Below are positions 39,632 to 53,700 of a DNA stretch of 64,000 nt, piece after piece. The stretch lies in the NCBI GenBank assembly GCA_030265395.1, contig JARFYF010000022.1, positions 30,471,120-30,535,119 of the forward strand, in the 5' to 3' direction. Below the pieces are notes generated by a model. That model had not been told where the DNA came from and made no database searches. It was given only the letters and a program-made list of their open reading frames with translations. This DNA comes from Rhina ancylostomus. Its lineage: Eukaryota. The position numbers and the translations under genes were made by a program. Each line of letters starts with the position of its first letter. The stretch's first letter is position 1.

Positions 39632-41114
39632 AATGGAACTCTCCTTCAGTCCACCCTCTTCAGCCTCAGATGGTAAGAATTCCTGGGAGGCTTACTTTCA
39701 GCCTCAGCTTGTGTTCCCTCTGCCAATGAATTAGGTGCACAAAATAAACTAGACTTCCCATAGTCTTTTGGGCATCTGCCAGGCTGTCTCTAGTGGATGG
39801 CTGGCCAGTGAGTGCCCTGTGAGAGTGAGGATGGAGGTGTCATTGGATGCAGTGCATGCCAGGGTTCACCACAACATGTTTGTCTAACATTTAGTGGGCT
39901 GTTTGGGGTGAAATCCAAGCAGGAAGACCTAAACAAGTGATTTTAAATTGCCTTTACATATCTACTAATGTTTGTCTCAACACCAAGACTGACCATAAGA
40001 TGGAAACAAGCCACCTGCTGATCCTTGAGCTCAGAAACTGTAGAGGCAAAAGTGAAAGGAAACATTGGAAACTGAAACTTACTAAAAATGGGATAAGAAG
40101 ATTTGTTTAAAAAGTTGGCAATAGACCCCCTTTTCCAATGGATTCTCCAAGCAGTACACCAGCAACAGTTTAGGGTTAGCAACCTATTCCAGACTTTTGC
40201 TGGTGCCTTTTAGAATGCAAGCCACAGGAGTTGAATCAAGACAATTTTGGGACTGGATCTTCACTTTATTTTCCCCTACTCCTTCAGCAGAAGATTGAAC
40301 CCTGTGCAGAACAGGTTTATTGCAGGTGCCACCCAACACACTCTGTCTCGTTTGCGTTCTACCATATGTGATAATAATTGTGGATATGGTGAAGAAAAAT
40401 AAAATTCAAAGTACAATATAATTCTTCATAAATCCTCTGGCCATGCAGATAATTAGCAACCTTATATTAAATCTCAGTGCAGAAACTTCCTCAGGCTTTC
40501 AGAGAGCTGTCTCTTTTTTGAAGGTAAACACGGGATCTTTTTAAAATGACTCTGAATTACAATTATGCAGCACTATCTTGTGTGTGTTTTGAGTACAAGC
40601 TATTTCAAACAGATATTGGCCAAGATGATTCTTTTTAATCAGCTGACTATAAAACAGCACCACCCAAATTGTTAGTTATGTTCACTAGACTCTCAATTCA
40701 TTTAAGACGTTCCTTCTAAAATGAATGGCACGGTAGTGCCTCGCTCACATGTTGACCACAGCAATCCTAAATAAAGTAAAAGTTATTCCATGTGCATTTC
40801 TCTTGGCCTCAAGCTTGACATTTGCAAGCATTTCCCAATCTGCAAGTTTTCCCACCAGAAGCAATTCATTCCTAACTAATTTTGCAATTTATGAGGAGTA
40901 ATTATTGTGAGGCTTATGTTCATCTTCATGAAGTGCAATACAAAGTACATTAAAAGGTACAATTCACAGCTTAATCATCTAACTTAGTTTATCAATCAAA
41001 GATATGATTCTCAGTTCAATATCAAGTAAACTTAAAATTGAAGCAGCGACTAACAAATAATTTTATACACTAGGAGACCTTCCACTGGAACCAGAGGCTG
41101 AATCAATTTGAACT

Positions 41115-41446
41115 TACACAGAGTCACAGAGCATGGAAACAAGCCCTTCAGCCCACATGTGAACATCAAGCACTAATCTCATTTTTCCTTTCACATCTCC
41201 ATCAACTACTCTCTTCACCGATTCTCTTGGCACCCACTCTCACTAGGCACAATTTGCAATGGCCATTTAACCCATGAACCAGCCAATTTTGGCATGTGGG
41301 AGGAATCCAGTCCACTCAGAGAAAACCCTCGCTATCACAGGGTGAACATGCAAACTCCACACAGACAGCAGCCAAGGCCACCATCGAACCTGAGTCACTG
41401 TAGCTGTGAGGCAGCAGTGCTAACCACTATACTACTGTGCCACCCA
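41115..41446 (-). mobile_element. V-SINE, decayed
   Basis: acatgcaaactccacacagacagca core; aagcccttcagccca tail. Confidence 0.75.
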
Positions 41447-41524
41447 ATGCTATGCCCCAAAGTAACCCTTGCCGAAAAGATTTAAGAAATAGAAGTGATT
41501 AATTCTAAGACCCCATTTGCTTTC

Positions 41525-41700
41525 TCACGTGAATGTAAAAGATCCCAAATCACTATTTTTGAGAGCAGAAGAGTTCATTCTTTGGTGTTCTGGCCAATAT
41601 TTATCTCTCTATCAAAATAACTAAAAGGTTTATCTGGACATTATTTATAATGCTGGAGTGGGAGCTTCCTGCGCACAAATTAGTTGCCATGTCTCTGAGG
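41525..41700 (+). mobile_element. Deu-domain SINE fragment
   Basis: gtgaatgtaaaagatcccaaatcactattt...ttctggccaatatttatc...gtgggagcttcctgcgcacaaattagttgcc. Confidence 0.65.
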
Positions 41701-44289
41701 CAGCTGTTGGGCTTTACAATGTACTGACAACAGCTGGCTTGAGGGCAGAATTTAAAAAAAGTAAATATTTCCTTCTTTTTGTTATATTTTTTACTCATAA
41801 TGGAAATTGTCTGTGTGTGGACATGGGATGAGGAAACTTTGAACCTCTCTTAAATGGCCTAATAGGGGAACAGTTTGCTGAACAAGCTACTGAATATAGA
41901 ACGGCTATTTAGACAAGGTGGTTAAGCATTTCTGAATTCTGTGGAACACACCATGAATCAATGCTTTTAAAAGAGAAAACTCGAGAGAAAATAGAACGAT
42001 AGTTAAAATTGAACATTTTGAGAAATGCGAGCCAACATAATCTGTCACTCATCAGGGTGAGTGTTAATTCACTACTGGAGAATGGAACTTATTATGCTTT
42101 CCATCTGGCAATACTTTGATTCTGGCAGCAATACCAGAGATCCCTAAATTAGTGAAGAATTCATAAGGAGAATTGAAAACTGAGGATCCCACAGAATTTG
42201 CCAGCTCCGCAGTGAAAGCCACTGTAAAGACCTTGGGTGTGCATAGCATATGAAAATCCATCAAGGAATTGAAGTACCTTACAATCAAATGTTGACAGTT
42301 TGTTCAAAGATCTTTTCTACATTCAATACAACATTTGCCAGGTCTGAGGGTGGACAGACAAAGTACTTCTCCGTGTCTATCAACATCGATTCACTAGGAG
42401 GTCTACTGACTAGCTTAGAGTAATTCAGCCTTAAAATTTGTTTCATTTCCTGCAAAGGAGGTCTTGGGCTCTATTTGGGATCTAATCTATTGATCATCTG
42501 GCTGACCATTTGGTAAATACATCACACGATAAGCTGCACCTCCCTTTCTTCCCCTCCCCACTCCTCTCCTGCCCAACCACCCCAAATTAACTCTGAAAAC
42601 AATCAGAGTTGTCCAAGATTCACTCATTTAGAACTGCTTCAAACTTGCAGTAAATAGAATCAATGTCAGTGAATCTGCTTCAGGAAAGGAGAGAATACAT
42701 TTCCCGTCCCTGAATACTTTACACTGACTCCTACTGGATGGTGTAAAGATACAAGTATTGGTGAGAACCCACGCACAAACTGTCCAACCTCACCCATGAA
42801 AAATGGCTACTTAGCTGAGGCTCTTAATACTTGCAGACATTTATGTACCTTCAGTCTCTATAAGTCAGGACAAAGGGAAAGAAATTGGTGGTGAAAGTAA
42901 AATATACTATATCATTTTATGCTGTCCCACTCCGTAATATAGCAGAACATCATTATATCACTGAATAGTAGTTACTTTCTAAGAATATAATTGCAGACTC
43001 AAATGAACGTTAGAAATAGAAAATCATAGAGTGAATATAACTGGACCTTTAACCAAAAAGGCAAAACTACAGGGTCGTAAAATATATAATAGTGCAAGCT
43101 CTCCAACAATCACTGGAGTGAATTGTTGTAAACCAATGGATTTATATTGTGTGACTCTATGTACCGTTATGCACAGGGCAAATACAGAGGCCTATGAGGG
43201 TAAGTCATATCCCGGAGAGCTGTTTGATGTTAGTGATGTAATCACCATGGCTTATACGATTCCCTCAAAATGGTAAAAAACAACAGGGTGCACCAGCAAA
43301 GTGAAAACCAGAGATTCAATCACTTAAAGTTCAAATGGGGAAAGGCTGGATTTGATTACCAGTTATAATACACAGACTGTTACATGACCCTCTGGTTACT
43401 GAAAAATATAACCTTACACACGCTGACATGTGTGCATACAAAGCATAAAATTTACCCTGTATTTATTCACAGTTACATGTCTCTGGAATTGCAGTCAATT
43501 TGCAGACTCAGTAGACTAGTTTAGTGAAGCAAGAAGCCATTCAAATGTCTGCATTAACCTACAACAGACATTTGGAGAATGGATTATATAAATGATTCAA
43601 AAAGAGAAAGATAATGTATGTGGTTGAAAGAGAAAGAATAAAAGAGAAAGGGAAAGAGAGAAAGAAAAAACTGAAAGTAAGATTAACCTCACAACACTGA
43701 AACACGAATAACTCAGCCAATCACTTCGAAGTCACAATGTTAAATATACTCACAGGACTGTATGCAGAAATGGCATCTACAATGATGTAGCCTGAATACA
43801 TGAAACATGCCTCATTTTACCACTGATATTGCATAGCTTCAGTGTGCTCCAATTTTCAAAAGAAAATTCATCTTAATGGAAAATTGGCTAACTTGTTTAA
43901 TGACCACATCCATTCTATCTTTCATTCCTTTGGGTCCTAAAACCAAACCAGAAAGTTTCAAATACTGAGACTGAAATGTTCAGCTTGATCCAGCTTAGTT
44001 TCTATCTAAGTGAAAGGAAGTGCACTATTTAAAATTAAATAGAGGACAATTAAGCCAAGGTTTGGGAATGATATCTCTATTTTCTGGCTTCCAAAGACAA
44101 TGTTTGCTTTCATAATTTTCTGCCCTCTTCTGCTAAATGAGCTGACTCTTAGTAACAGTACAATCCTTATACTGTAAGCTGGGCTCAATTACTTCATCCA
44201 CACATGGTAGTTAAAGCTGGCAAGTTATTTGACAATGTAGGGCATTGCTGACAAACTTGATTCCCATCTTCACCAATATCTACCTTAGA

Positions 44290-44863
44290 GGATCCTTGGG
44301 CCCAACGCATTGATGTAATCACAAAGAAGGCATGTCAGTGGCTCTACTTCATTAGGAGGAGATCTGGTATGTCATCATAGACCCTTACAAATGTCTACAG
44401 ATGTCTGGTGGAGAGCATTCTGACTGGTTGCATCACTGCCTGGTATGAAAGCTCTAATGCGCAGGATCGAAAGAAGCTAAAGAGGGTTGTAGGCTCAGCC
44501 AGCTCCATCATGGACACAACCCTCCCTGTCATCGAGGACATCTTCAAGAGGTGGTGCCTCAAGAAGGCAGCATCCATCATTAAGGACCCTCACCACCCAG
44601 GACATGCCCTCTTCTCATTACTACCATCAGGGAGGAGGTACAGGATCCTGAAGACCCACACTCAACGATACAGGAACAGCTTCTTCCCCTCCGCTATCAG
44701 ATTTCTGAACGGTCCATGAACACTACCTCATTATTCCTCATTTGCACTCTATTTATTTTTGTAACTTGTAGTACTTTTTATGTATTTATGTCTTGCACTG
44801 TACTGCTGCCACAAAACAACAAGTTTCACGACATATATCAGTGATAACAAAGCTGATTCTGAT
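44290..44863 (+). mobile_element. Rex1/Babar-type LINE, 5'-truncated (ORF C-terminus and 3' UTR)
   Basis: ESILTGCITAWY..DRKKLKRVV..IIKDPHHPGHALFSLLPSGRRYR..NSFFPSAIRFLN, a characteristic C-terminus; ctgattctga tail. Confidence 0.88.
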
Positions 44864-45289
44864 GAGATAAGGTCAGCATTTGGGTGCTAGAGCTGCTTGG
44901 ATTTCTGGGAAGGACTTTCACTGTTACGTAGCTCCAGGGTGCGTTCCATTGTATCACTGAGATGGACTTTCGATGTTAACGGTTCCAGTCCTCTACCTTT
45001 CCCTCTGCTTTCATGGCCTCTTCTCATGTGAAGACCCATGGGTGGGTGAGGGTCAAACGTTCACCTGCCGATTGTAGTGCAGTTGGTGCGAGTGACTGTG
45101 TCAAATGTTACATGGGGAACAGGTTAAATGACAAAGGTGAAAGAATGTGTAGGAAGTGAAGGTTGGGAGTTGAGTGAATGAGGAATAAAGGAAACCAAGC
45201 AAAGTAATGACACTGGTTGGTAAGTTAAACCATCGGGTGCAGTGAATCCACAACCATACCCACCTAGTAAGGTCACTAAATTCTTCCCA

Positions 45290-45594
45290 CTTCCTCAGAA
45301 GGCTAAGGACTGATGACCCTCACCAACTTTTATCGAGGAACCATAGAACGCATCCCAACCAGATACATCACAGTTTGGTATGGCAACTACTCTGCCCAGG
45401 ACCGTGAGAAATTGCAGAGAGTTGTGAACACTGCCCAGTCCATTGTGCAAACCAGCCACCCCTCCACTAACTCCATCTACACTTCCCAGCGCTTCAGTAG
45501 AACAGCCAACATAATTAAAGGCCCCTCCCACCCCAGGCATTCTCTCTTCTCCCTCCTCCCATTGGGTAGAAGATACAAAAGTTTGAAGGCACGT
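45290..45594 (+). mobile_element. Second Rex1/Babar-type LINE fragment (different subfamily), runs into a gap
   Basis: LTNFYRGTIE..ITVWYGN..DREKLQRVVNTAQ..HPRHSLFSLLPLGRRYKSLK. Confidence 0.85.
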
Positions 45595-48089
45595 NNNNNN
45601 NNNNNNNNNNNNNNNNNNNNNNNNNNNNNNNNNNNNNNNNNNNNNNNNNNNNNNNNNNNNNNNNNNNNNNNNNNNNNNNNNNNNNNNNNNNNNNTTTTGA
45701 TTAAAGTTACCCAATTATGTCCAAGGGTACCAAGACCTTGTACATTCCATTCTGAAAACTGGCAAGAGCAGACATAACCTCTAAACATATAACAACTTGA
45801 AGCTAGCCTGATTTTAGTTCAATGATATGATATGCAGTTATATCGAAGCTGCAAACAGACACAGGTTTACTGTACCCTAGTCTGTGAGCCAGTTAAATTT
45901 TCTTCTTCCCTTGAATGTGTTCAGATTGAAGATTATTGTGGTAAAAATTGCAGGAACTTTGCTTAATTTCCCACACATAAATTATTTTCTGTTTTGGTGG
46001 TTTATCACCTGGAAACTGGATTTCAAGCTCTTTTAATCTGCCGATCATGTTTTGTGTAAATGCTGACTTGGATTTCTTAAAAAAGTTTATGAAGTTAGAT
46101 CACAAGATCACAAGATAAGGGAGCAGAAGAAGGCTATTCAGCCCATCGAGCCTGCTCCATGGAAATGGAAATGAGAGAGAGAAGTGGCGGGGAGAGGGGG
46201 GAGGCAAAAGAAGAGTTATGACATTCATCACACAGGTTCATGTGCTAAAACAGGAACAGTGCAACTCCTGCCAGGACCTCTGTGCAGAGATCACAGCCAA
46301 CCGTTGAAAAGTGAATCAGTTCTAAACAAAACTCTCCCCATAGCAGCCACAATACAGGTGGAGAAAAGGCTGCCATTGAGATAAGAAAATGCACAGAAGA
46401 GAAAGGGAAATCGTGGTCTCCTTTGTACCTGGGCACTAGCTACATGGTTGTCCATCCTGTGCAACTATTGTACTGCAATTGGCCCCAAGTTACCCCAAGT
46501 TATGGGCTGGTAAAGGAACCATTGATTGTAGCAAACAACTCAGTAGTGGTCTGTACAAAGGGACTGCAATCAGTGAAGCAACCACCAATGAATCATTTTC
46601 CATAATGTTGGCCAGTGAAAAGTGAAGCTGGCAAATGCTGTCAGTAAGATATATCTTTATGACAGGCATTTAACTACTGTCACATTTCCAAACCCTGTAC
46701 AATGTCTTCCTAAATTTTTCCGTGAGAAGATCATAGGTGGCACACAAAAGCCACCAATTCTGCCATGGGCACAAAAAACATGTGCCATGTGACCTGTGGC
46801 ATAATTTGATGTGCAAATGATACAGGGTAAAACTCAATTGATTAAAATGAATTGATCATGGAAATGCCTGGGCCAGTTTCCCCAAATACTTAATTTCACC
46901 CAGAGGTGATTGCTATTTCAATCTATCCTGGCTAAGACCACTATTATTGGCACATTGAAAACATGCATAAGAGGTTCCAATTTCAACGCTCAAGTTTCTG
47001 AACAGGCTCTTAACCTCTTTAGAAAGTTTTCGCAGTGGCATGAGACATTGATCTTGCCCAACACAAGTTTTCACTGATGCTAATCAGAACCGGACACTTA
47101 GTTAAAGCTGGTAATTCTTCTCATCCCTCAACCCACAATGAAATTCTTGCCACCATATTTCTGTCTCCCGTTTATGATGGCACTCTTATGCCCCCACCAA
47201 TTTTATGATGCCATTCTTCATCTTACTTCTTCCTCTCAGAACACCTATATTTGAGACCATTGCTGAGGAGAGATACAATAAGTGACACCAAAGGAAGAGA
47301 TACACACATGCTGAGAGACACCAATGGAGGAACCAGAAGTAACACTGTGGTAATAGTAAGTGATTCTGGAAGTGATTAAGTGAGTTACTTACCAGGAGTG
47401 CTACCAGTAGGGATTGTTGCTAAAGGGAGGAGTTGCTTTTGCCTACAAATGCAGATAAGCAGGCACTGATTATTCATGACAAATACTGATTGCTGGCATT
47501 TATGCAGGGTCAGTTGCCTCATCTGTACCTGATTTCTGTGGCTCAGAACTACACTGGACTATCACAGTAGCAGCAGATTCAAGCTTTCTTAATAGTTTAA
47601 TGATCTTTTCAGATGGTTTGACGTGTTATTTGTCGCAAGACACAGTGCTGCATTTGTCCAGAATGTGTTGGAATTATGTCTCAAGACCAATTTGATTTGA
47701 CCTGGATGCAATTGAGATGGTAACAAATTGATCCAAATCTCATCACGATGAGTTAGAAAATATTTTCAAAAGCCCGTCTTCGTTTTTCACATCAATCTTG
47801 CCAGGTGCACACACTCAGTGGGTTTCACTTCAAGTGCTGGGACTGATTCAATCACAATATTCACTGTGCACAGGAACTCTGCCAAGTCCCAGTTGGGGTT
47901 GTATACTTAGCTGAAGAGCTGACACCTTGTCTGGTCTACCTGACCTCTTCCATTACACAGAATGCTTCTGAGACAAACTATTGACTCAAGCAAACAGAGG
48001 GTCAACAGTTTGTTCTTCCAACTAAAGTTAGGTATCAGATGTACAGTGAAAGACTTCTTAGAGATAATCATAGCCAATGAAAACATTGA

Positions 48090-48295
48090 AACATGAAGAG
48101 AGAGAGAATGATGAGATCGAGAAAAAAAGGAGGAAAATAAAGAGGAAAGACGTTGAAAAAGGAACTAGGGAATGAGGTACAAGGGAGCTTTAATAAAGTA
48201 AGAGAGGAATGAGAAGAGAGGAAGGGAATAAGAAAAAAGTTCGAAAAGAAATGGAATGCAAAAAAAAACAACAGAAGCAAATAAAGAAAATAAGA
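48090..48295. repeat. Purine-rich low-complexity tract
   Basis: Almost only A/G on the plus strand for about 200 bp. Confidence 0.8.
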
Positions 48296-49446
48296 ATATT
48301 GGTTCTACTTCCTGATTGCTTGCTGCAGAGAGTAAATTTACTTTGTACTCTATTCTGTAAAATGCCCAAATCAGTTAACCTTAGGTAATCATACCAGCAT
48401 TTTTCAAATTAGCAAAATCATTAAATTCCTCGTATGGTTTCTTCAAGCAAATACATCCTGATTAAAATGCTCATAAAGCACTGTATAACTGTTAAAGACA
48501 AAATTTACAAATCTGTCACATGTTTTCATGAATATTTCAGTGAATGAAGTGCTTGAAATATCAGGTGCAAGATAAAATAATTAAGCTAATCCCTATTTAA
48601 ATAGGAATTTTATGAAGCAGTCCATGTTTCAAAAAGGATTTAACAGCTATTGCCACAACTCTCACAATTTATGGAGGTTTTGCAGCGTGGAGTTCTATCT
48701 TCCAGGGGAAAAAATTAATATAAGAGAGACTAAGAAATTAATGAGATTCACTAATCCAATTATGGACTTTTTTTAATAAATATATTTTGAAAAACACATA
48801 AATATTTCAAAATTGCATCTGAGAAATCACAGTGGCAGCAATTTAGAGTCAAATTATACATAATGAGGAAATACTCTGATCAATTGTCTTTCATATTTAA
48901 TATTAATGATTTACAGGTTTCATGTTTCTAGATGATGAGGAGTACATAAATTGTGGATGGCTGGCAGTGAGTTACACAACGTAGCCCAATTCAATAGTTC
49001 CAACTTGTCACTAACTTTAAAACTGAAGACTACAAGCATCACACGCCGATATGTCAGCCCCACTGGTGTGCCTCTGATTGGATCCATACACTCACATGAT
49101 CTTTCACTGTGGGTCACTTTCTCTTTCACTATAATAGGTGATTGCAAGGCTATGGAGAAAAAATAGCGAGTGGGTCCAATTGTGCAGAATTTTCTAAGAG
49201 CCGGAGCAGGCATAATAAATCAAGTGACCTGCTGTAAGATTCTATGTTTCTTTAAGTGTAGCATTATGAATTAATAGTGAATTTTAATAAATTCAACTAA
49301 CACTTGTTTACCGGTGTTCACCTAGATCTTGCCATTTAACTCCATTAATACTGTTCCTTTTTACTTCACTCTCACATTTTTTCCACACTCTTCTCCGTGG
49401 TGATGAGCTGCTTCCTTGAATGGCTGAAATCCTTCTGGTGAAGGTT

Positions 49447-50757
49447 AAAACTGAAAATGCGAGAAAGTCACCAGGTCAGACAACAACTGTGCAAAGACAG
49501 AGTTAATATTTCAGGTTGAGGTCCAACTGTCAGAACTGGGGAAGGAAAACAATTTGGTTACAAGTTGCAGAGAGGTTGGGGAAGAATGGACAGGACAAAG
49601 GAAATATCTGTGATAGTGTGTGGCCAGGGTTCCCATGGTGATAAGCTGTTGATGAAGCCATCCAGGTGATATATTAATAAGGGAAATTAGAGAGAAAGCA
49701 AACAAAGGGACATGTTAGAGTTGTGAAATGCGGGTCAAAGTTATAAAAAACAGCAGATCACGTAGTTTCAGTGAAGAGAGAAAAACTGAGTTTGTATTAG
49801 AAATGGGTAACCTGCAGCAGAATTGGCCAGTAGAGAAAACAAAGTATCTGAAATTGTTGAATTCTATATGGAGTCCTGAATGCTACATTGTGCCCAAATA
49901 GAAAATGCTGTCATCAATTTTATGTTGGGCCTGGTTGGAAAAGTGTAGGAAGTCCAAGACAGAAAATATACTCTTTTACCTCATCCTTTCTAACCAACTG
50001 GAGATCCAAACAGTCCTTTCAGATGAAGCAGAGATTCACTTCTACTTCTTCTCACTTTTAGTGTATTATATTCATTATTCACAGCGTGGCCTTGTCTACA
50101 TCAGAGCCAAGGGCTCAGTTTGAATGATCACTTTGCAGAGCACCTACGTTCATTCTGAAAGGGTGACACTGAGCTTCCAGCTGTTTGTCACTTTAATTCT
50201 TCATCCCACCCTGACGTATCTGTTGCTGGCATCCTGCACTATTCCAATGAGGCCCAAAGTAAATTTGAAGAATGGGACCTCATCTTCCATTCAGGCACAT
50301 TGCAACCATCAGGATTCAATGTCATATTCAAGAGTTTCAGATAATTTGCTTTCTCTGTATCAAAACCGATCGATTATCCATCTGTAATATTAATTCATTT
50401 TTTCTCTATTTGCTGATACAACTTGACCTGCTGGTCATTATTAATAGCGCTGACCAACATTTCACAACTTTTACATGTTCCTTTATTTGTTTTCTTTTGC
50501 TCTAACTTCTCCCATTAATCTATCAAACAGATGGCTTCATGAACAGCTTATCACCACTGCAACACTGGCCGCACCCTCTCAGATATATTCCCTTTGTCCT
50601 ACCCATCCCTCTGCTACCCTTTTTGCACATTGAAGCTAATTTGATTCGTTGCTTTCCCAGTTCTGATGAAGGGCCTTTGACAAGATCCATTAATTCTGTT
50701 TCTCTTTCCACAAATGCTGCCTGACCTGCTGGATATCTTCAGCATTTTCTGCTTTTG
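49447..50757 (+). mobile_element. Penelope-like retroelement relic with GIY-YIG endonuclease remnant and an inverted copy of its 3' region
   Basis: Plus-strand KQSFQMKQRFTSTSS / LVYYIHYSQRGLVYI / LNDHFAEHLRS at about 50008-50155 (frameshifted). About 49447-49965 is the diverged reverse complement of about 50215-50757. Confidence 0.85.
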
Positions 50758-53700
50758 AATCACAGCCCCAGATTCTATTCACTGACAGTCCCAACTTGTC
50801 CCCTCTGTTGCTGACCACTTGATCATGGGACAAAAATGAAAGTCACCACAAAAATTTCAAAACACATCTACACTTTAATATGCAATAAAGCATGATTTCA
50901 AGCCAATTAAGCACCTCTGTGCATCCCCTTGGTCCCTGCCTTTAAAGTGCCTTTGGCTGACTTGACATTCCTGTGTAACGTCATACCAGTGACTCCAGCA
51001 TAGCTGATGGAAGACTGATGAGGAGGGAGATGCAGAGAGCCTTATGGGATGACCACATGCAGCTCTGGGTTTCAAAGGCCTGGCTGCCTCCACCATCTTG
51101 GTAGGAACCACAGTAGTACAGGCTAGCTGCCAGAAATGATAAACATGAGCACTGGCAGAGTAGCAAGAAATGGAAGAGGGGGGCTACCTTACTGGGAGAT
51201 CACAGGAAGCTCATGCGCCATGGATCTATTCCCACTCTTCCGGGATGTTAGGTGGCTGCTGCATCTGGTTTAAAGGAACCTAGTGTCCTTAGCCACCATT
51301 GTGGTTGGGGAAGCAAGTGTGCAAATGGAGTCGGTTATTATTTCCACATGGGAATGAGTGGGCTACAAGCTGACTGCAAAACTTCAGACCATGTTGGTGT
51401 TGCATTGCTCCATGCCACTAGCCTTTGAAAGCAAGCTTTCTGGCAGACTTCCCAGAAAACTAAACAAATGGCAGTGCTTGCCCAACAAAGTCTTCCTCTG
51501 ATATTAGTATAGGAAAAATCATGCGAATCACTATGCAGAGAGCAGTCATGTGCATTATCTTTTCCCCTTGCCCTGTCTACAGTTTATGTGCTCAATGTTT
51601 TATCATATACACAATGTACCATTATTTTTTCTTCTAAGTCACACACACTGTCAATATCAGAGCTAATAGCTACAAATTTAGAAGGGCTTTTTTGGTGTTC
51701 TTTACTGGCTAGGTTTCTGCTCATGGATCTTTGAAAGGAAATAAGACAAGCATAAGGCTAAGATCTGGTGAAATTAAAAGGCGCAGGTTTACAGCATCTT
51801 ACAAGAGTGTGGGTTGAGGGTATGATGGAATGTCAAGATTAGGCATAAAGATGCTGTCATCTCATTTCACCCAGAGCTGATAGCCTCAACGACTGTCCTG
51901 ATAATTGTCCATATACTGTCCTCCATGCTGGTTAGGACATTTAGTTGCACTTGTTCTCCTCCAGATAGCTCCTGCTGCCTTGACTGTCCTGCTTTTGAGA
52001 AGAAATGGAGTTCTTAGTAATATACAATCTGTTTAAGTGATGATATTATCATAGTGGAATAGCTGGGGGTGTAGATGTGAGACCTGCAGCAGTGCCAAAT
52101 GTGCAAGAGTGCACGGACAATGCGAGACCATTGGGACTGCTCCCTATTAGAGATTGCTTGTCGGTGGGCCATGTCTGATGGTAGTGGTGCAGATGGTGGA
52201 TTATGCATTTGAAAAACCATTCTTTGTGAGGCCTTGACTCTTGGTCCTTTGCAGTTTGGGCATATCTGGGGAGCACACTGATTCTCTGAGAATGCAGGGC
52301 ATCTCTCCTACTTTGCATCTTCTCTGTCACAGATTCTGGTGCAGTATCTGAAAAGCTTTTAAATCTGCAGTCTGCTACGTTCTGCCATTCTATGTTTTGC
52401 ATATCAGATTCATTTGGAAACCTTCTGCCAAAACCTGGTCAAACCCACTGCTGCTTCTCTTTAGCGGGTGCAGGTTAGGCTTAAGAGATTCGGGCTTGTT
52501 TTTACTGAAGCTGGCCACTCATGCTCTTGGCCTTTAGAGCCAATATACCATTGGCTGAACACTGAAATTATTAAAATGAATAAGGAGCACAAGATTGGTG
52601 TGGTACCTGCTTTACAATCAATGGATATGGATTAATCATGCACTGTAATCCTGTGACCATTTCTAAGTGTTATTGAATTCAGCACCCATTTTGTTTTTGA
52701 AGAGGATAAGAAGTAATCTACAATGGACTGATGATCTGAGGTAAACAAATGAGCAGAGAATCAGTGTGTTTCCCAGATGCACTGAGGCTGCAAAGGAGCA
52801 AGAGTTAAGGCCTCACAGGGGAGTCAAGGTTATTGAATGCCACAATCCACCATCTGCACCACCACCGTCAGACAGAACTCATTGAAATACATCACTCACC
52901 AACCAGCAATCTCTATTGATCAGGACTTCTAATAATCTCACGTGGTCCCCGCATCTCGCACACTTCGCACAGCTGCAGGTCTCACATTCACATCACCAGC
53001 TATTCCACTATGATAGTCATATCATTCAAACAGATTGCACATGACTTAGAGCCACACTTCTGAGAATCATTCATTAAAATAGACTAGGTAATGATCATTC
53101 TTCAGATTAAAAACCTCTGATGTCAGAAAAAGGATACAAGCTTTTTGTGGCCTTTCAAATTTTTGCCTAATCTACATTTACTTTTATCTTAGATATTAAA
53201 TATTGCTTGAACTAATGAGCAAGTTGATTACATTCACTTTCATAGCTCTCAATTATCAACTACAAATACTTCCTGTCAATTCAAAATTGAAACAATTAAG
53301 TCAATTTTACTGAACTTACTTGCCATGCATTGACAAATCTTTGACAATTCCAATGTCATGCACTTGCTTGCGTAAAGGTGGATGGCAAATGGTAAACAAG
53401 AAAGAAGCTGATTTTTCCTACCGAGGCGCAGAAACAAAATCTCTACCAGTAGTTATCCTTATTGAACAGTCATCCACTTTACTCAACTATTTTAATTAAG
53501 CAATATTGCCCATTAATCAAGCACTTAATGGGTTTTCATCTGTTTTAATAGAGTTCTGTAAAAATAGCAAAGAAAATTCATTCATGCCACTCCCACAGAA
53601 TTTCAGAATTCTTGATCAAAAGGAAAAAAAAATTTATCTTATTTTCACAATGTAGTGGGTGGATATTAATTTTAACTGAGATAGCACAACCAATAGATGC

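Noticed and set aside
44408-44719. 103-aa ORF that could be taken for a host gene
   Set aside because: It is the C-terminus of a Rex1/Babar-type LINE; related copies lie at 39083-39307 and 45290-45594.
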